The notes under the pieces were generated by a model that saw nothing but the letters and a program-made list of their open reading frames with translations, ran no database searches and was not told the DNA's origin. This document shows positions 12,532 to 25,000 of a stretch of 64,000 nt of DNA, piece by piece. This stretch comes from Tubiluchus corallicola (Eukaryota > Animalia > Priapulida). The stretch's first letter is position 1. Every line of letters begins with the position of its first letter. The translations under genes were made by a program, and so were the position numbers. The DNA lies in assembly GCA_030141605.1 (NCBI GenBank), contig JAQGDQ010000221.1:186001-250000 (forward strand). The letters run 5' to 3'.

Positions 12532-12931
12532 AATAGCCGCGAGAAATGGTTACAATTTCGAATTCATCTTATTAGAGAAAAAATAAATAAACATATTTTT
12601 AGTATTTCTTTAATTTTTCTTCTACTTAAAACTGCTCTGAGTTATTCTTATCAGAGTTTACGTTAATGACACTATTGCATTTCAGTTAAGTCTTCAACAT
12701 GTACTTGCGCCTTCTTTCCCTCTTGATTCGCTGCTATTTGCAATACTTGTTTTTCTTTCTAGTTTTGTTCTTATAGTGCATTCAAAATAATTTCTCATTT
12801 TTCAAAAATTTTTATAAATTTAAAACTGTTGTAAGAAAAATTCTTGCATTAATTACCCTATGAACTAAGTTTGATTTGGAAAAATTTTGATGTTGTAAAT
12901 ACATTTATTTGCATAATAAATAATGCTGGAC

Positions 12932-12964
12932 ACTACTACTACTATTATTATTATTATTATTATT

Positions 12965-12997
<33 letters not shown>

Positions 12998-13000
12998 ATT
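12932..13000. repeat. Compound trinucleotide microsatellite (CTA)n(TTA)n(GTT)n
   Basis: Seen directly. Confidence 0.9.
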
Positions 13001-14120
13001 ACTTTTACTAATATCAACCTAATTTAACATAGGATAAATTTATTTATCACAAATCACTCATTCGTAATATTGCCATTAATAATTTTTCTATGACTAAGTT
13101 TAACTGCTTTTTCACCAGCTTTCTTACATAAAATCCTATAATGTTGTTTATAGCAAGTTTGATTGTAATCGATAACACATTTTGAAAACTCAACCTTTCA
13201 TTTTCACGACACAAATAATTGGCGATCGAAAGATGAAAATTAAAGTGATTCCGAAACATTCTCGTTTACGATAAATTTTTTTATAAATAATACTGTGGGA
13301 TTTTATGTAAAAATAGACGATTCTTGTCAGCGCACAGTAAAAATGACACGGGTAAAAATGGCGCAGAAAAAAATGGCACAATAAAAAAGGGCACAAATGG
13401 AAAAACTGGCATACTTAACAAAATATAAGTTAGGGTTGGGTTGCCGTAGCAATTAGGGATAATTATTTTAATTATCTTTACCTCTGCCAAGAAAGTTATA
13501 TTTCCAATGCCAGTTTCTTGTTTGACTGTTAGCTATCACTGTTATGCAAAAACAATAGTTCATAACTTGCGATTATGATTGTATTATTACCTCCGCAAAA
13601 GAGGTTAGGTTTTCATTGCTGTCAACTTGCTGATTTGTTTCTTAATAGGATTATCAAAAAACTACAAAACAGACTTCCATAAACTAGGTGGCGATGTTGA
13701 GCAAAACTTGCTAGTACAGCATGTACAAAAAGGTGTTCATCGGGTGCTTCGTGGAGGTCTTGAAAGAAATTCTTTAGCTTTTTGGAAAGAGGAGAAACTT
13801 GGCTACAAGTTAGGGTAAAACAATAAAATACGTCCACTAGGACGAATGACTATGTGTTAGTTCCATGTTCCATTTCACTTTTACTTACACACTACCCTAT
13901 TCTTGTCAGTACGTTGCTAATGATCCCGTTATTGAAAAGGCTGTTAATGGCACTTACACCTATACCAAAATGACGACAAGCGGTAACTGCGTTAACGGTT
14001 ATTCACGTCTTGTGATTCTTATTTGCAAAACCTTACAACCTTCCATTGCGTCTACTAATGGCAAAGCCTACAAAATTGTAGCCTATTTTAGAAATATAAA
14101 ACTAGTTGGCATTATTGAAC

Positions 14121-14338
<218 letters not shown>

Positions 14339-16505
14339 TAAGCAAACGCTCTTGATTGATAAGCAAAATAAACAAGAGAATTCATTACCCTAGCATTTAA
14401 TCAATGAAAATGTAAAAATACTTAAGAACGAGTCCGCGAGAGCACCATGCAGGGGGTGGCACATGAGGTGTGACGAATTTATCATTTTTTCTAACATGAA
14501 GGGCGACCGTCAAAACCATGTAACCAAGATATCAAATAGATCGAGCTACTATTGGCAGAGAAATGACCACATCAAGAAATAGACCTCAAAACAAATCGCT
14601 ATTTTGGGGGGTTATTTTAACTTTTTCTCCTGTATAAACTATTATAGATGGGTCGATGTAAGTTGGCTGGTACATAGACCCAGACATTGTCTTCTGATAT
14701 TCTAACTTTTTCTGACATACTATTAATAGTATCAGAGAAGGGGATTTTTCAAATTCGGCTCTTTGTTAAGAGTCCACGGAGAGGTTAAGTTGTAAGGCTC
14801 ATAACTCGCCCACTGCGGGGTTACAGAACTTCTGGTTTTCATGTATGTGTTAGCCACCATCCTCACTAATAATATAAAAAAGAAAATTCGCTGGAGCCTG
14901 TTTCAGTATTTAGACATACTTGGCCCAGGTCGTATATGACAGTAGACATTTAGCCACGTTTAACCTGCATCTTCTGTGACTAGTGCTCTCATTTCCTAGT
15001 AGCAATAGAATCCTTTGCCATGGAAATTGTTAGAAATTTGCTCATTTCATCTTAAATTGGTTTAGTTATGTCGGAATTTTCATATGATTACAAATATGAA
15101 TAATTGCCTCTTCTGATGGATTTCTGGACAGGACATCGTGCATGCCCCTAGTACCGAGTCCGACCCTGATTCAGGGCATTCTCTACACACTGAATCGCTA
15201 ATGGATACCAGGAAAGACTAAACAATAAGCCCTCTATTAGAAAAGAAGTACCCATTGTTAAGATTGAGAGTCATTGCTAGCGAAAGAATCTGACAACATT
15301 CGGTATATACATATAAAATAGAAATCCGTTCCTTTTTTATACTTTTTATGCGAATAAGCTTCATGGCTATACATTATGAATAGTATAGGAATATTATGAA
15401 TATCAGTACAAAAATGAAAAACTACAAAACTCAGTCAGAATTAATTTCTCTATGTCCAAAATACTGTTCCTATTGTAGCAGCATAATCCTATCACTGAAG
15501 AGTAGTACAAGTAATCAAAACCATAATATCTAAATAATATAGAAAGAATTATCGATGCAGGTAGATTATCCCTGGAAGATAGATACAGAAATATAGACAA
15601 ATATATCATGGGGAAAGTGATAAAGGAAAAAATATGGCTATTGTGTGCTAAAGTTGACAACAGGCAGTACATTCTTTGTTTTTTTTACAATATACCGTCT
15701 GAAGTACTATGTAAAAGTAAATGCTGTCTGACGCATGTTAAAGCATGTCCTGTTTACTACAGAAGACAATGTTTTCTTTCGGCACATTTTTTTTATTTTT
15801 ATTCAAATTTTTATTTTTTCGTCATGCACATATAATGTTGCAAGTTCTTTGGGCAGCATTACACCAGTGCTTCTCGGCTTCTGCGCTTTCATAGATTGTG
15901 ATGCGACATCACTCATCTGACATGTTTGAAATTCTAGAGAAGAACCCAGCATTTTTCAAAAAATTGGCTAAAACAAATGTAGTTCGTAACGAAGCAATAA
16001 AACAGATTAGAAACGTTACTTCCAAGATGTATGGATTGAAAACAATCTTCGCTGTGAATGAAGAGAAGCTTCGGTATGCTTCTGAATCAGATGGCAGCTT
16101 CCCCTGGAATAAACAGGAGGTGCCTCAGCATTCTTCAGATGGCATTTACTACTTCTCCAAATGTGCAGCAAAGGTGCAGCTAAGAAAAAGTAAAAGACAT
16201 TGATGCTTTGGCACAGCCTACTTGCCAACGAGAACTGGTTGTTGAGCTTCGTATACTGAGGATTCTACTTGTAACACTGAAACGTGCACGAAACTGATGA
16301 TATTGATGTTCAGGAGATTCTGATGATAAGTAGCTTTAAATGGATTTGTTCATTAATTTTGTTAAAACATCATGCTCGTTTTCATAATTTCCAAAAATGA
16401 TTGGTTACCTTCCAAGTTAATACAGTTTTGCTAGGACACTAATTAGTTTGCATTATTTATCACTAGGACAAAAAGGCTATAAGAGCATAAAAATTATAAA
16501 AATTC

Positions 16506-16596
16506 AGAAGTGACTGATGTTCTTGTCAGCACAACATGACTTTGGTTCAGCCACCATAGCCTTAAGGTTGGGCTGACAAGAACATCAATCACTTCT
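16506..16596. repeat. Inverted repeat with ~25-30-bp arms
   Basis: AGAAGTGACTGATGTTCTTGTCAGC ... GCTGACAAGAACATCAATCACTTCT (24/25 match). Confidence 0.85.
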
Positions 16597-17929
16597 CCTG
16601 CCTTTTTTAATATCACTGGTCCACCTGAATCATAATCAGTGTTGCTGCGCGTCACATGATGCACACGAAAACTGTCATGTTAAATCGTTTGCAATAAGCT
16701 ACGTCAAATGCTAACAAATAATCAGTTTCTGCAGACGATGTGTGTTTGTTGGCAAATCTTTCATGACAAGTCAGTTTAGACTGGATAAAAGATGTAGTGA
16801 ATTGTGATCCACTCTTCAGATAAATTCACGTCTTTGATAAATGCTGTGTTCCTGCGCGACACACAGCTTCAGTAATGACAGGGCCAGCAAATGATGATTT
16901 GTATAATTACATTGTACACTGAGCTATCTTTCAGCATACTGGTGACTGATTAAAATTAGCAAACAAAAATGGGGAAAGTGCGTATAAGGTCTCCTTCGTC
17001 GTTCCTGTTTCTGTCTTGCCGTTTTCACACAATAGAATATTAAGAAACAATATTTTTCTTTCCACTCTCTTTTTAATAAAGCTTTATCGCAGATTATCTT
17101 TATAGGTTATTACATGTATGTTTTTATATACTAAATTCGAAAGCAAGTCCTGTAATTGAGCAAAGATTAAACAGAACAATGTTACATGTATTACATAATG
17201 GGATCATCAATCCTTTTTTGCAAGTCATTTATTTTAGCTACATGTATTCTTTAAATAAGGTAGTATTCCTATATATACAATTACATTGTTTTCACAGTCA
17301 ATTAAAGAGCCAATTTTAAATCTTGCCATATTATGTATCAAATTTATACGCATACATAAAGCCTCGAATATACAAATACACAATCGAGAGAGGGGGGAGA
17401 GAAAGAGAAAGAGAAAGTGACAGACAAAGAGGAGAGAAACAGGCAGCCATGTTTCGAATACAAGCTCAGTTCCGAATTTATTAGAACTTTTGTCCAGGAT
17501 TAATTTATCTGGGGCGCGACAGGATAAGTTTAATTGTTCGCTGAAAACATTTTAAAACTTATTTTGTTAAAACGAGATCATCTTTCTAGCAGTAATCTCG
17601 ATTAACCGGAGACACATGTGTTCGGTTTAAACTCGGCCATATTCAAGATAGTTGCTGCCACTTTAACTGTTCTATAAAGCAATGTTTGATCTCAGGCGAT
17701 GTCATTAGAAGGGACCCGCGAAGCATTGCAACTATCAACAACAGCTGTAGAAATGACCGCTTCTTGGATGTACGCGTACGGCAACACTGTCATCAACAAC
17801 TGAAATAGTTGTACCATGGACTCAAGCTGCCTCGTTTACTCCACCACGAATTCCGTTAGTAACATTAGACCATCGACTACAACCAGATGTGTCATCTCAA
17901 TTTACACGTCAACCCCACCTTTATCACTT

Positions 17930-18141
17930 TCATCTGATTGGCGTGCATTTGTGTGACGCAAGCAGTTGTCGAATACTGATTGGCGGCTACCAAGTCACAT
18001 GACGCTGGCAAGCGGGATGGTTTCAGCACGGCTTCCAGGGTTTGAATCTCTTTTTTACGCTAGTGCCGGGTTTTCGTAGTGCAAAAAATTTTGTGAAAAA
18101 GCTTACTTTGGATTAGCAAACTTATAGCCACGATTTGTAAG
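17930..18141 (+). promoter_or_regulatory. Probable caveolin promoter and non-coding first exon
   Basis: Two CTGATTGG (CCAAT) boxes, TGTGACGC and GTCACATGAC motifs, locally CpG-richer sequence, strong donor aag|gtgagc at 18141/18142; the next acceptor at 21400 precedes the ATG. Confidence 0.5.
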
Positions 18142-19699
18142 GTGAGCGATTTTTTTAAGTCATACTTCCATAATTCGGTAAAGTTATCTTAAAAATAGCT
18201 TACAGGACTATTTTTGTATTAAAGACCCAAAATTAACGTAGAAGTCGAAGATAAGGAGAGCGATTACTGAAAATAATTAGTTTAATGTCCCGAACATTAT
18301 TCAATTAAAGCATTTTTTTCAAATTAAATAAATGAGGAAGACTATGCATTTTCAATACTGGAAGCCAATTTATTCAGGGATTGATAAATTGATAAGAATT
18401 GAGAGGAAAATTTTAAACAAATCCCGCCATGATATTAGCATCAACTCATCAATGAAGGAGTAGGTGTCTATTATTATTATGTGCAATTGTTCTGCCCGAC
18501 ATGTCTAAAGGCATATCTTAAAATAAAAACAATTGATTTCCGTTAGACATTTTTCAAAATTAATTAGCATCGATAACTTTATTATTTACTAGACAATAAT
18601 ATTTAGATTGCTTGTCGTAAAAGAATAACTAATATTTAGGCTGCAGTTCTGTTCCATGAACTTAAAACTAACTAATCGCTTTCTTTTTTATGAACTTATT
18701 CATAACCTATTAAGGCAATATTTAGGGACAACTTAGATTATGCTTTTGCTTAAACACAGTAACAGGAATAAAGTAGAACGTAATTTTTAATATGAAATGA
18801 ATTTCGTCAAGTCAAAACTAGACAGCTCAAATGAATATTGATTATATCAAGTCTTGAGATCGCAAGAATGCGAGTTCGATTACCAAAACCAATTTAGCGT
18901 AAAATAATGAATTTCAGTGTTAAATTTAGCATAACACATTGTCGTATAACCGTGTAAAAGATGTTGTACTTTTAGTTGTACTGGTATGACATGTAAGCAA
19001 AAGTAGTAACAGTACACGTTTAAAGATTAAAAGAGGTTACGTTCAGTAATTTGCGTTTATTTAGGCCACTGACATATTAAAAAGAAGTTAATCGTTTCGT
19101 GTCAGTTAAAAACGTGTCTGCTATGTTACACCCCGATAGCGGATAATACATCATGCGCATGTGGCCCGTCACATGTGTTACTAAACTCGCACCCGGTTTC
19201 ACACTTCACTACAAAGTAAATTCTAGTTGCCCAATACGCAGCTTGAGATGCCAACAAGCTTGATGATTTCGGATAAAACCCATGAAGGTAACACCGTAAA
19301 ACTCGTCGAGTGTGGTTATCTCATGTCAATACTTGTAGATTATTATACTCAAGTGTAACTAACGGTGCAATGATCACTGGACCAAACCTGATGCAGTGCG
19401 GTTTAATCATATGTGAATTTTGAGCAAAGTGCGTCTTCATTTTCACATTTTGGCTCCTTCTTGGACCTTTCATAATCATAGATCTTTTATGCACGCCATT
19501 GCCTGAGTTCCCTATTCCACACGTTCCACCATCCCGCAAGTTTCGGGACTCTTAATAAACTTCTAGAGATTTTCAATGTTATGCATTTTGACATGTCGGG
19601 TTCTTAAAAAAATCTCGGTTTTTTAAAACTCGGGTACAAATATGCATCAAAATTATCAATTGAATTTAACTGAGACCCATTAGAGGTAGTCTAAGAACT

Positions 19700-20125
19700 A
19701 ACCAATGACCAGTGTCCTTGATTTTTGGCAGAGGTCACCGATCACCACACCACTTTCAAGGCTCCTACCACAGATGTGTAACTACAAGTTATCTATAGCC
19801 CTCGGAGTTTGCAAGTTCACGAGAAGTGAAAGTGGGTTACCCAATCTCCGTCTTGGACACTTAAATTATCCCAGTTTTACCATGCCAGGTTTTTAAAAGC
19901 CCATGTACACATCTAAACCCACATTGCCTAAATACTCATGAAAACATGGACGTAACTTAAGGCTCTAGGAGGAGCTGAATGGCAATCGAAAAATTGACCG
20001 ATGTCCAGTGCCATCGACTCTTTGGCTGAGATCACTGCTCACTATACCACTTTCAAGGATCCTTCCCCAGTTATCTACCCTGAAAGTTTCGTGACACTAG
20101 CCCTCTGCATTTGCAAGTTAACGTG
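19700..20125. repeat. Diverged ~130-bp direct repeat pair, probably internal array of a non-autonomous element
   Basis: ACCAATGACCAGTG..ACCACTTTCAAGG..TTTGCAAGTT at ~19700 recurs at ~19997. Confidence 0.6.
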
Positions 20126-21410
20126 TATTAAAAAGTGAAAAAATTGGAAATGATGACAAAAAAATCAGCGTATGAATTTCCTAGATCCGCCCTCGTTGAT
20201 TCAAATGCCATGTGTACCCAAGCTCCAAAATTATTCCGAAATGCACTTTATTATGTGTTGTTGAGTGTGATGAAGTGTGTTAACTTTTACTGATGTTACG
20301 CTGAATGATACAAAGCTGAAAATTGTCAAGAAAGAGCCTATAGTTATTAAAGACTTAAGTTTGACTAAAGCAAATCCCATGAACTATTGTGAGTTATCTA
20401 ACTAACTAATGAATCAAAATTCACGATTACGCAGTACAGGTATGGAAACTTAATATTAAGGATCGAGTTTAATTTCTTCCAAGGCGATAAGTGAACTACT
20501 CACTCGCAACATGGCAGGTTGTTAATCAGAATGCCTTAATGTATAAAAAAGATAGAATTGAAGATACAAATATGATTAATCACATTTAACATGGAACCAA
20601 TAGTAACTACTTTTACAACATTTTTGTAAAAGCCAGTGAAATCTCCCAAAAAATAAAAAACCAAATAAGACCTTTTTTAATATTGTTTCACTTTACACTG
20701 TTTGTCGTACTACTAATGGTGGTTCGTTGACAGTTCAAGGTTTTCTATCTTTTCTCCTGCATATGCCCCACCTATAAGGTTTTTCTGGACTCATAATAGC
20801 TGAATCTATTGTGTGTTAATACACTTTTGTGTGTTTACCTCGCTAAGCAATAATTTTGAGTTCAACCCGTGTTGAGAAAACAACATTAGCCACATCATGA
20901 TTTAGTCTTCCGAAACAAACAGAGCTATTTGCAGTTCATAACATGAATGAATATGAGGGAGCAGCGGTAGGTTAACCTTTTTCTTATCAATAAAAACGTG
21001 TTATTAGAGGATTGCTTTCTTTCACAATAGATTTTTTTAGAAAAATTACGAGTCTGAAACTGGAGACGCAGGTTTATAGATTGAGGAGCAGTTCTGTGTA
21101 TCCATAAATAAATAAAAATGTAATTAAAAATTGGAAAAACAATATTTCCGGAAAAAACTACTCCATTCAATAGATTACAAGTAATTAATCACCTAATTGA
21201 TTAATTTTATGTAACCCGATGAATGGAGCATAAACGTTGTTGCAGTTTTGTAGATAAAAGAATTAGCTGAGAGTGATCAAATATTATATACAATGATGCT
21301 GCAGCAATACGTAAAATCAGAAAAAGCATTTTGCGCAAACGGTAAACAACGTCACTGACATTACGAGTTTAACTTGTGGCGCATTTAATTTGTTTATTAG
21401 AACTGCCAAG

Positions 21411-22025
21411 ATGTCGGACGACCAGAAGCCAGCAGAATTGAATGAGAGTCAAGTTGGACTTTTATCAGCTGATGCAGAAGAGCAGAAAGATCAAGATGCG
21501 GACATTCGAGAGAAAACTATGAAATCCGGAGAGACAGAGGAAATTGAACTGAATCCGACTGATAATAAGGAAAAAGAGGAGGGGGACGAGAAGAAAGATG
21601 AAGGAGCGGAGAAGAAGAAAGAAGACGAGAAATCCGAAGAGGAAAAGAAGACGAAAGAGCAGCTGAAGGCAGAAGAGAAGGCTAAAAAAGAAGCGGAGAA
21701 AAAGGCAAAAGAAGAAGAGAAAAAGAGGAAGAAGGAGGAGGAGAAGAAGCGAAAAGAAGAAGAGAAAAAGAAGAAAGAGGAAGAAAAGAAGCAGAAAGAG
21801 GAAGAAAAGAAGCGAAAGAAAGAAGAAGAAAAGGCCAAGAAAGCAGAAGTAGCACAAACAGCAGCAGCTGCCCCAGCAGAAGGAGAAGAAGGTGTTGCCC
21901 CTGCTGAGGGTGAAGAGGGGGCAGTTACCACGCAGCCTAAACGGAAGAGGCTGCAGAAACCAGCATTTTTCAATGTCAATTTGGAGGAAGACAGAGATCA
22001 CAGGAAAGTCAACGAACTTGTCAAG
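21411..22025 (+). CDS. CAV: Caveolin coding exon 1 (E/K-rich extension)
   Basis: Acceptor tttattag at 21400, ATG in gccaagATG context at 21411, donor aag|gtgagt. Confidence 0.85.
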
Positions 22026-25000
22026 GTGAGTGAAATCTTTTGCATAAAATTTGATATCAGGTGTAATAAGATCCGTTATCTTTAGTCTTCGGGGGATAAA
22101 ACTCAATAACCAATACTTTCTTAGCACCAGTTAAGAGCACGTATAAGTAATCTGATGTATTAATTCTGCTACTAATTTCCTGTACGTCAAAATGTCGGAC
22201 AAACAGAAACCGGCAAACCGAATGAGAGCCAAGTTTTTTTTCGGATATGTAATTTCCGCGGCTACATCCCAACGGTTTCATTATTTTTGACAAAATCATA
22301 CATCCAACAAAATATTTCAATGTAGTATGATATCAGTGAGAGAAGTTATCGCTTTGAAGTTACGAAAATTCCAAGGGCAAGATTTTTTTGGATAATTCAT
22401 TGAATTAAAAGTTCTTACCAAGTCAAACTTAAAGGTGTGATATACTTTGGAAGAATGGCCTAAAATGGCATCGCGTACCTCATATATTTCAGTTGTTCAT
22501 GTCCTTGCTTTTATCATACTTTTCTAGTGTGTTTGACACAAACTTGACTGTAACAAAATTTACATTTGCGCGTGCTTGTCTAATTGTTTAGACAAGACTG
22601 TACACTAATTTGCTTAGAGAGGCGCTTACAGACGACGTCATTTCGTTAGACTTTTATAGTTTAAAGTTTCTTATTAGTTGGGGCTTCAGACAACGTTTTT
22701 AGCTCTGTATTGATGTACAGCTACTATAAGGCAAAAAATAAAAAGTTTTACATTTGCTTACCTACCACATGTTTCACTCACGTAATATAAGCTTCACGTC
22801 AGCTGAAAATAGCGTCACTTGTCCCCCCCCCCCCCAAGATGTTTCAGCATGTTGACTGGGCAGTGGTCATTAGCTGCGTTGAGCACAAAGTTGAAAAACA
22901 TTTATTTGCGTTTGATATAAAACAAGTTAATTGACTTCCATAAAACTGCCCTCATTTGAACTCGCAAGTATAAAAACCATTTGATCCTACCTGCAAAAGG
23001 GGCTCTCAAATGGCTTCCACCAAATTTAAAGTGTCCAGTGTCCAGAATAAATCCGCCTTGTTCGCAAATTTAGAACGGAAATCATCAATGTCTCAACACG
23101 GTTATATACGTAATGACCATACGGAGGGGGGGGGAATAAATGACCGGTTGCAATGGTTAATGTCTGCCTAATGTTGCTACTGAGTACTGACTTCTTCTGA
23201 CTAGTAACAAAATCTAATTTGAGATCACAAGAAACTGTAGGAACTGTTGGGCAGGTGTCTTGATAACTTTCTGAATCAAATAAATTACATTTTTCTGTAT
23301 TTAAAACATGCCGCTTATAAAGTTTGTACTTTTGCTAAGTTTTCTGTAAACCCGCCATAAATTATGCTTAAATTAATAAATAGACAACGAGCCCTATTAT
23401 CGTCTTTTGAAGCCACTCTTGCATTACTCTTGGCTACCATTTTGTCGTACTTCTGCTCAAAATAACTTTGACAAATATGGGCTATCTTTAGTACCTAAAC
23501 TTCAGTCCCAGAGTATCATCTAAAGATATCTTTAGAGGCAGGGCAAAAGAACCTTTTTCCAATCTCATACCTAAAACCAAGAATTTGCAGTTTAAGTAAA
23601 TTTTCGATCAAATTTAAATCACCTGCTTGCAGAAGATGTTTAAAAAACGTCAGAAAGGAGATACACGTAGTCTGCATCAGCCATTAATTTCCAAACTAGT
23701 CTGACCTACATAGAGTCTGTTGAACTCTCTTCACCTGTTTTATGCTATCGTACAAAATTAAAGATTCCACAAATAAAAAAATTACAGAATTCTGCTGTTT
23801 CAGAAATATCATTTCATGCAGTATAATATGCCTCTGATTGCTTAGTTGAACGCGTGCTTGAAGAGAATTACCAACAGATGTTGTTGCTTGATTCCTCCAC
23901 CTAGGCGTATTTGGGAACGACCTTGCAAAGGATAAGCTGGGTCTGTTTTATATTATAAAAATATTATAATAGTTCCGTTCTCGTGTTATTCAGTTCAGTA
24001 TAGACTTACTTCTATCTTTGCAGCAGATCTGGAAATATATCGTAATCATAGACTACAGACAAGTTATATAAATCGCATTCGTTTAGAATTGCGGACAACA
24101 AGTTCCTATGTACAACTGCAAGAACTTGCAGAACTTTATTAACCTAACTTTCGCCAATAAATCAACAAAGTCGGGCGCATGTTTTCTGTTTGCGCACTGC
24201 TTCTAGTGCACCTTATTATGCCATTGCTTTGAACCAGTTCAAGCTGCCAGGACCGAAATCAATTCACATTAGGTGCATATCAGGGGAGGATCTATCCATG
24301 AAACTACTAAATGAGTAAATTTTGCAGTGTTAAGGACATACTTAAGAACCTACTTTATTTCTGCAAAGATATGTACATGCATGAGTGTCATCTTCAAGCC
24401 CCCTCATTTTCACTTATCAGCAGACTATGAGTGACACTTGCTTAGGATATGCTTGTGTCCAGTACTACAATAAACAAGCCCTCCTAAGGTTAGACGGTAG
24501 TTGGTGTTATGGCGAATCCAAACAGGCATCAATATTGATATTATTCTATCATTATCTTTTGCTATTGTTATTAAACTGAAACAGTCGTGCCGTGGCCTTC
24601 GATGACCCTATTCTGTGTTACATCGGAATGAAACCAGCACATTTGCGATACTGCTGCCATCTGGAAGGCAATCGAAGTAAAACACAATAATATAATATCA
24701 AGTCATAGTGCAAGCCAGAACTAGAAAAGTGTAAATTTAGGTACAAGATGATTTATATTTTTGGGATCAGCTGATGGGGCACTAAAGTGCAGTATTATGG
24801 ATTTTTAGTAGAAACTTTTCACTGTTATATCGACTTTATCAACGGCCTAGCCGGCTAACATTAATTAGACTTGGCTAGATTAACTGCATAATTAGTTTTA
24901 TCCAAGTACTCATTCTCAGAATCACTCAATAACCTAAACTGAAATTAAATTAAAATGAGTGATGGAGTACTTGGATAAAAATAATTATGCAGGTAATCTA

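Noticed and set aside
21465-22127. Antisense Phe/Leu/Ser-rich ORFs resembling membrane proteins
   Set aside because: Shadows of the E/K-rich caveolin exon
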